From NCBI GenBank assembly GCA_903916665.1, contig CAIWXP010000185.1:1-7628 (forward strand): DNA of 7,628 nt, read 5' to 3'. The stretch's first letter is position 1. Each line of letters starts with the position of its first letter. Position numbers and translations under genes: made by a program. This document shows positions 5,901-7,628 of this stretch, one piece after another. The notes under the pieces were generated by a model, which made no database searches, was not told the origin of the DNA, and was given only the letters and a program-made list of their open reading frames with translations. The DNA comes from Candidatus Iainarchaeum sp. (GTDB taxonomy: Archaea > Iainarchaeota > Iainarchaeia > Iainarchaeales > 0-14-0-20-30-16).

Positions 5901-7463
5901 TTATATGTTTTTACTAACGTGGTAATGATCTTTATAATAACCCAATTTATAATAATATTCTCTTACTCCTAGTCCTGAAATAACACTTATTTTTTTGTAA
6001 TTATTTTTCTTTGCAATTTTTTCTGCCTCTTTTAAAAGCAATTTTCCTATTCCTTGGTGTTGACCCTGTTCCAAAGAATTTGATTTTTCATTTACTCTAA
6101 CTATTTTTCCGTAAACATGTAATTCTCTAACCAATGCTGCATTTTTCAAATATGCCAAAAATGGTTTATATGGAAATCGTAGTCTAACAAAACCAACTAT
6201 TTGATCTCTATTGCTTGATTCGTAGGAAATAAAATATTCTGTTCCTTTACTAGCCCTATATTTTTCAACAAATATTTTATAATCATTTATTTCAGATTTT
6301 GATTTCACAAATCCCAATTGTCTCGCTCTTATTTCTTTTAATTTTATTTTGTTTTTTTCACAATAATCTAAAATAATTTCTCTAACATTACTTTTTCTAG
6401 GCCCCTGTGAAACTCTATTAATAGGAATATCTCTTTGTATTCGCATTATTCTATTCCAATAGGGAACTTTAGGATAAAATTCTTTTAAAAAATCAAAAAG
6501 TTTTTCATCATCGTAGGGATCAAATTTTCCATTTTTCCACATATCAAATAAAATTGTATTGGGCATTACCAAAGCAGGATATATTTTTAACATGTCTGGT
6601 TTATAGGCCTCGTCAGTAAATAGTTTCCCAAACATTAAATTATCTTTTTTAGGTGTTGAAAACAAACCAGGCATTATATGATACAACACTTTCAATCCAG
6701 AATCTTTTAATAACTGTGTTGCTTCTTGAACGTCTTTTAAACTATGCCCTCTATTTGTTTTTTTATAAATTGCATCAGATATACTCTGAACCCCTAATTC
6801 AACACGTGTGGTGCCTAAATTTAATAAATTTTCAACATCTTTCTTTGAACAAATATCTGGACGAGTTTCAATGGTTAACCCTATGGGTCTATAATAGCTC
6901 GTTTCAACATTTGATTTTGCTTGCTCCAAAGTTTTAGATTGTTTATTACTTAATGCATCATATATATCTTTTACAAACTTTTTTTGATAAATTAAAGGTT
7001 GTGCATTAAATGTTCCACCCATAATAATTAATTCTATTTTTGAAACGTCATGGCCCACATTTTCCAATTGTTGAATTCTATTTATTACTTGTTTGCTAGG
7101 ATCAAAACCATTTGCTATTGCACGCATTGTGGCAGGCTCAAAACCAGTATAGCTTTGAGGAACATTTTGTTCTATACCTCCTGGGCAGTAAATACATTTT
7201 CCATGGGGGCATTTGCTTGGTTTATTCATTACTGCTATAACGTTTACACCTGATAAAGTTCTAGTATCTTTTACAACCAATGCTTTAGATATTTTTTTAA
7301 TATCTTTTTTATTTACAAATGGCAATATTTCAGAGTTTAAAGGTATTTTTTTTATGCCATACTTTGCTGCCAAAGATATTTTCATATTATTAATAGCATT
7401 TATATCAGGATTATTAATTAGAATATATTTAATTAGTTCTTTTGATAATTTTTTCATTGTCAT
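5901..7463 (-). CDS. elp3: Elp3-type radical SAM/GNAT enzyme (tRNA uridine-34 carboxymethyl modification; the archaeal Elongator subunit 3 homologue).
   Basis: 520 codons. The radical-SAM cluster motif CPHGKCIYCPGG has the Elp3-typical Cx4Cx2C spacing (nt 7185-7211), followed by TRVELGVQS. The C-terminal GNAT acetyl-CoA motif QHQGIGKLLLKEAEKIA maps to nt 6012-6062. AGGA (7470-7473) lies 6 nt upstream of ATG 7463. ATG 7457 (MKKLSK) is an alternative start. Confidence 0.95.
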   Translation of the reverse strand: MTMKKLSKELIKYILINNPDINAINNMKISLAAKYGIKKIPLNSEILPFVNKKDIKKISKALVVKDTRTLSGVNVIAVMNKPSKCPHGKCIYCPGGIEQNVPQSYTGFEPATMRAIANGFDPSKQVINRIQQLENVGHDVSKIELIIMGGTFNAQPLIYQKKFVKDIYDALSNKQSKTLEQAKSNVETSYYRPIGLTIETRPDICSKKDVENLLNLGTTRVELGVQSISDAIYKKTNRGHSLKDVQEATQLLKDSGLKVLYHIMPGLFSTPKKDNLMFGKLFTDEAYKPDMLKIYPALVMPNTILFDMWKNGKFDPYDDEKLFDFLKEFYPKVPYWNRIMRIQRDIPINRVSQGPRKSNVREIILDYCEKNKIKLKEIRARQLGFVKSKSEINDYKIFVEKYRASKGTEYFISYESSNRDQIVGFVRLRFPYKPFLAYLKNAALVRELHVYGKIVRVNEKSNSLEQGQHQGIGKLLLKEAEKIAKKNNYKKISVISGLGVREYYYKLGYYKDHYHVSKNI

Positions 7464-7561
7464 AAAAATTCCTGTTAATTTTTAGAATAGATGTAAAATT
7501 TTAATGAATTTTTCATTGCTATAAAAATACTGTTTTGAATTTAGGATAGATACTAGAATTT
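7444..7561. repeat. Imperfect tandem duplication with a period of about 59 bp, covering the elp3 start codon and RBS (unit A 7444-7502, unit B 7503-7561).
   Basis: Plus-strand unit A is ..TTTTTCATTGTCATAAAAATTCCTGTT..TTTAGAATAGAT.. and unit B is ..TTTTTCATTGCTATAAAAATACTGTT..TTTAGGATAGAT... Hand alignment gives roughly 70% identity overall, and the 7450-7476 versus 7509-7534 core is much better conserved. Unit B contains TTTTTATA (complement of 7520-7527), a plausible TATA box 57 nt upstream of ATG 7463. Confidence 0.6.
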
Positions 7562-7628
7562 ATTTTTAATACTAAATTAAAAATCCTATGATAAAAGAGA
7601 TATAAAATAAATTATTGATGAATATAAA

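Noticed and set aside
6653-7485. Plus-strand ORFs 6653-6937, 7050-7253 and 7213-7485
   Set aside because: They are antisense within elp3. The minus-strand frame carries the radical-SAM and GNAT motifs.
7464-7628. AT-rich repeat-containing intergenic region as a possible replication origin
   Set aside because: I saw no ORB-like element with a G-rich end, no inverted arrangement of repeats around an unwinding element, and no adjacent cdc6/orc1 gene in the window. A local tandem duplication of the elp3 start explains the repeat better.
1-7628. Search for CRISPR arrays, tRNA or rRNA genes, IS elements, integrases and terminal inverted repeats
   Set aside because: There are no regularly spaced repeats of 25-40 bp. 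The intergenic regions are short (35-165 bp) and too AT-rich to fold into tRNA-like GC stems. No transposase or integrase motifs appear in any frame I read.

Overview
AT-rich, gene-dense segment that looks archaeal: TTTATATA-type TATA boxes, GGTG Shine-Dalgarno motifs, oligo-T terminators and an Elp3 radical-SAM/GNAT gene. I support six protein-coding genes, five on the minus strand. The right two-thirds is ordinary housekeeping, all on the minus strand: Elp3 (5901-7463), an Lrp/AsnC regulator (5348-5821) and a type IA DNA topoisomerase (2892-5201). The left third holds three genes I cannot place in any family from sequence alone. The first is a long helical protein with a proline-rich linker (1-1279, minus). 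It runs off the left edge and is missing from the ORF track, but I confirmed by hand that the frame stays open for 426 codons. The second is a highly charged protein with a C-terminal two-helix membrane anchor (1375-2079, minus). The third is a divergent polytopic membrane protein of about six helices (2140-2856, plus). I found no CRISPR array, tRNA, rRNA, transposase, integrase or recognisable defence or toxin module, so I cannot honestly claim a novel system. The best candidate for something undescribed is the three-gene block at 1-2856. The non-coding observations may be more interesting: the 5' ends (RBS, start and first codons) of both the topoisomerase and elp3 genes are duplicated just upstream; a long AT palindrome sits in the topoisomerase leader; and a symmetric bidirectional promoter lies between the two membrane-protein genes. 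Every functional call comes from motifs read by eye. No database search was possible.
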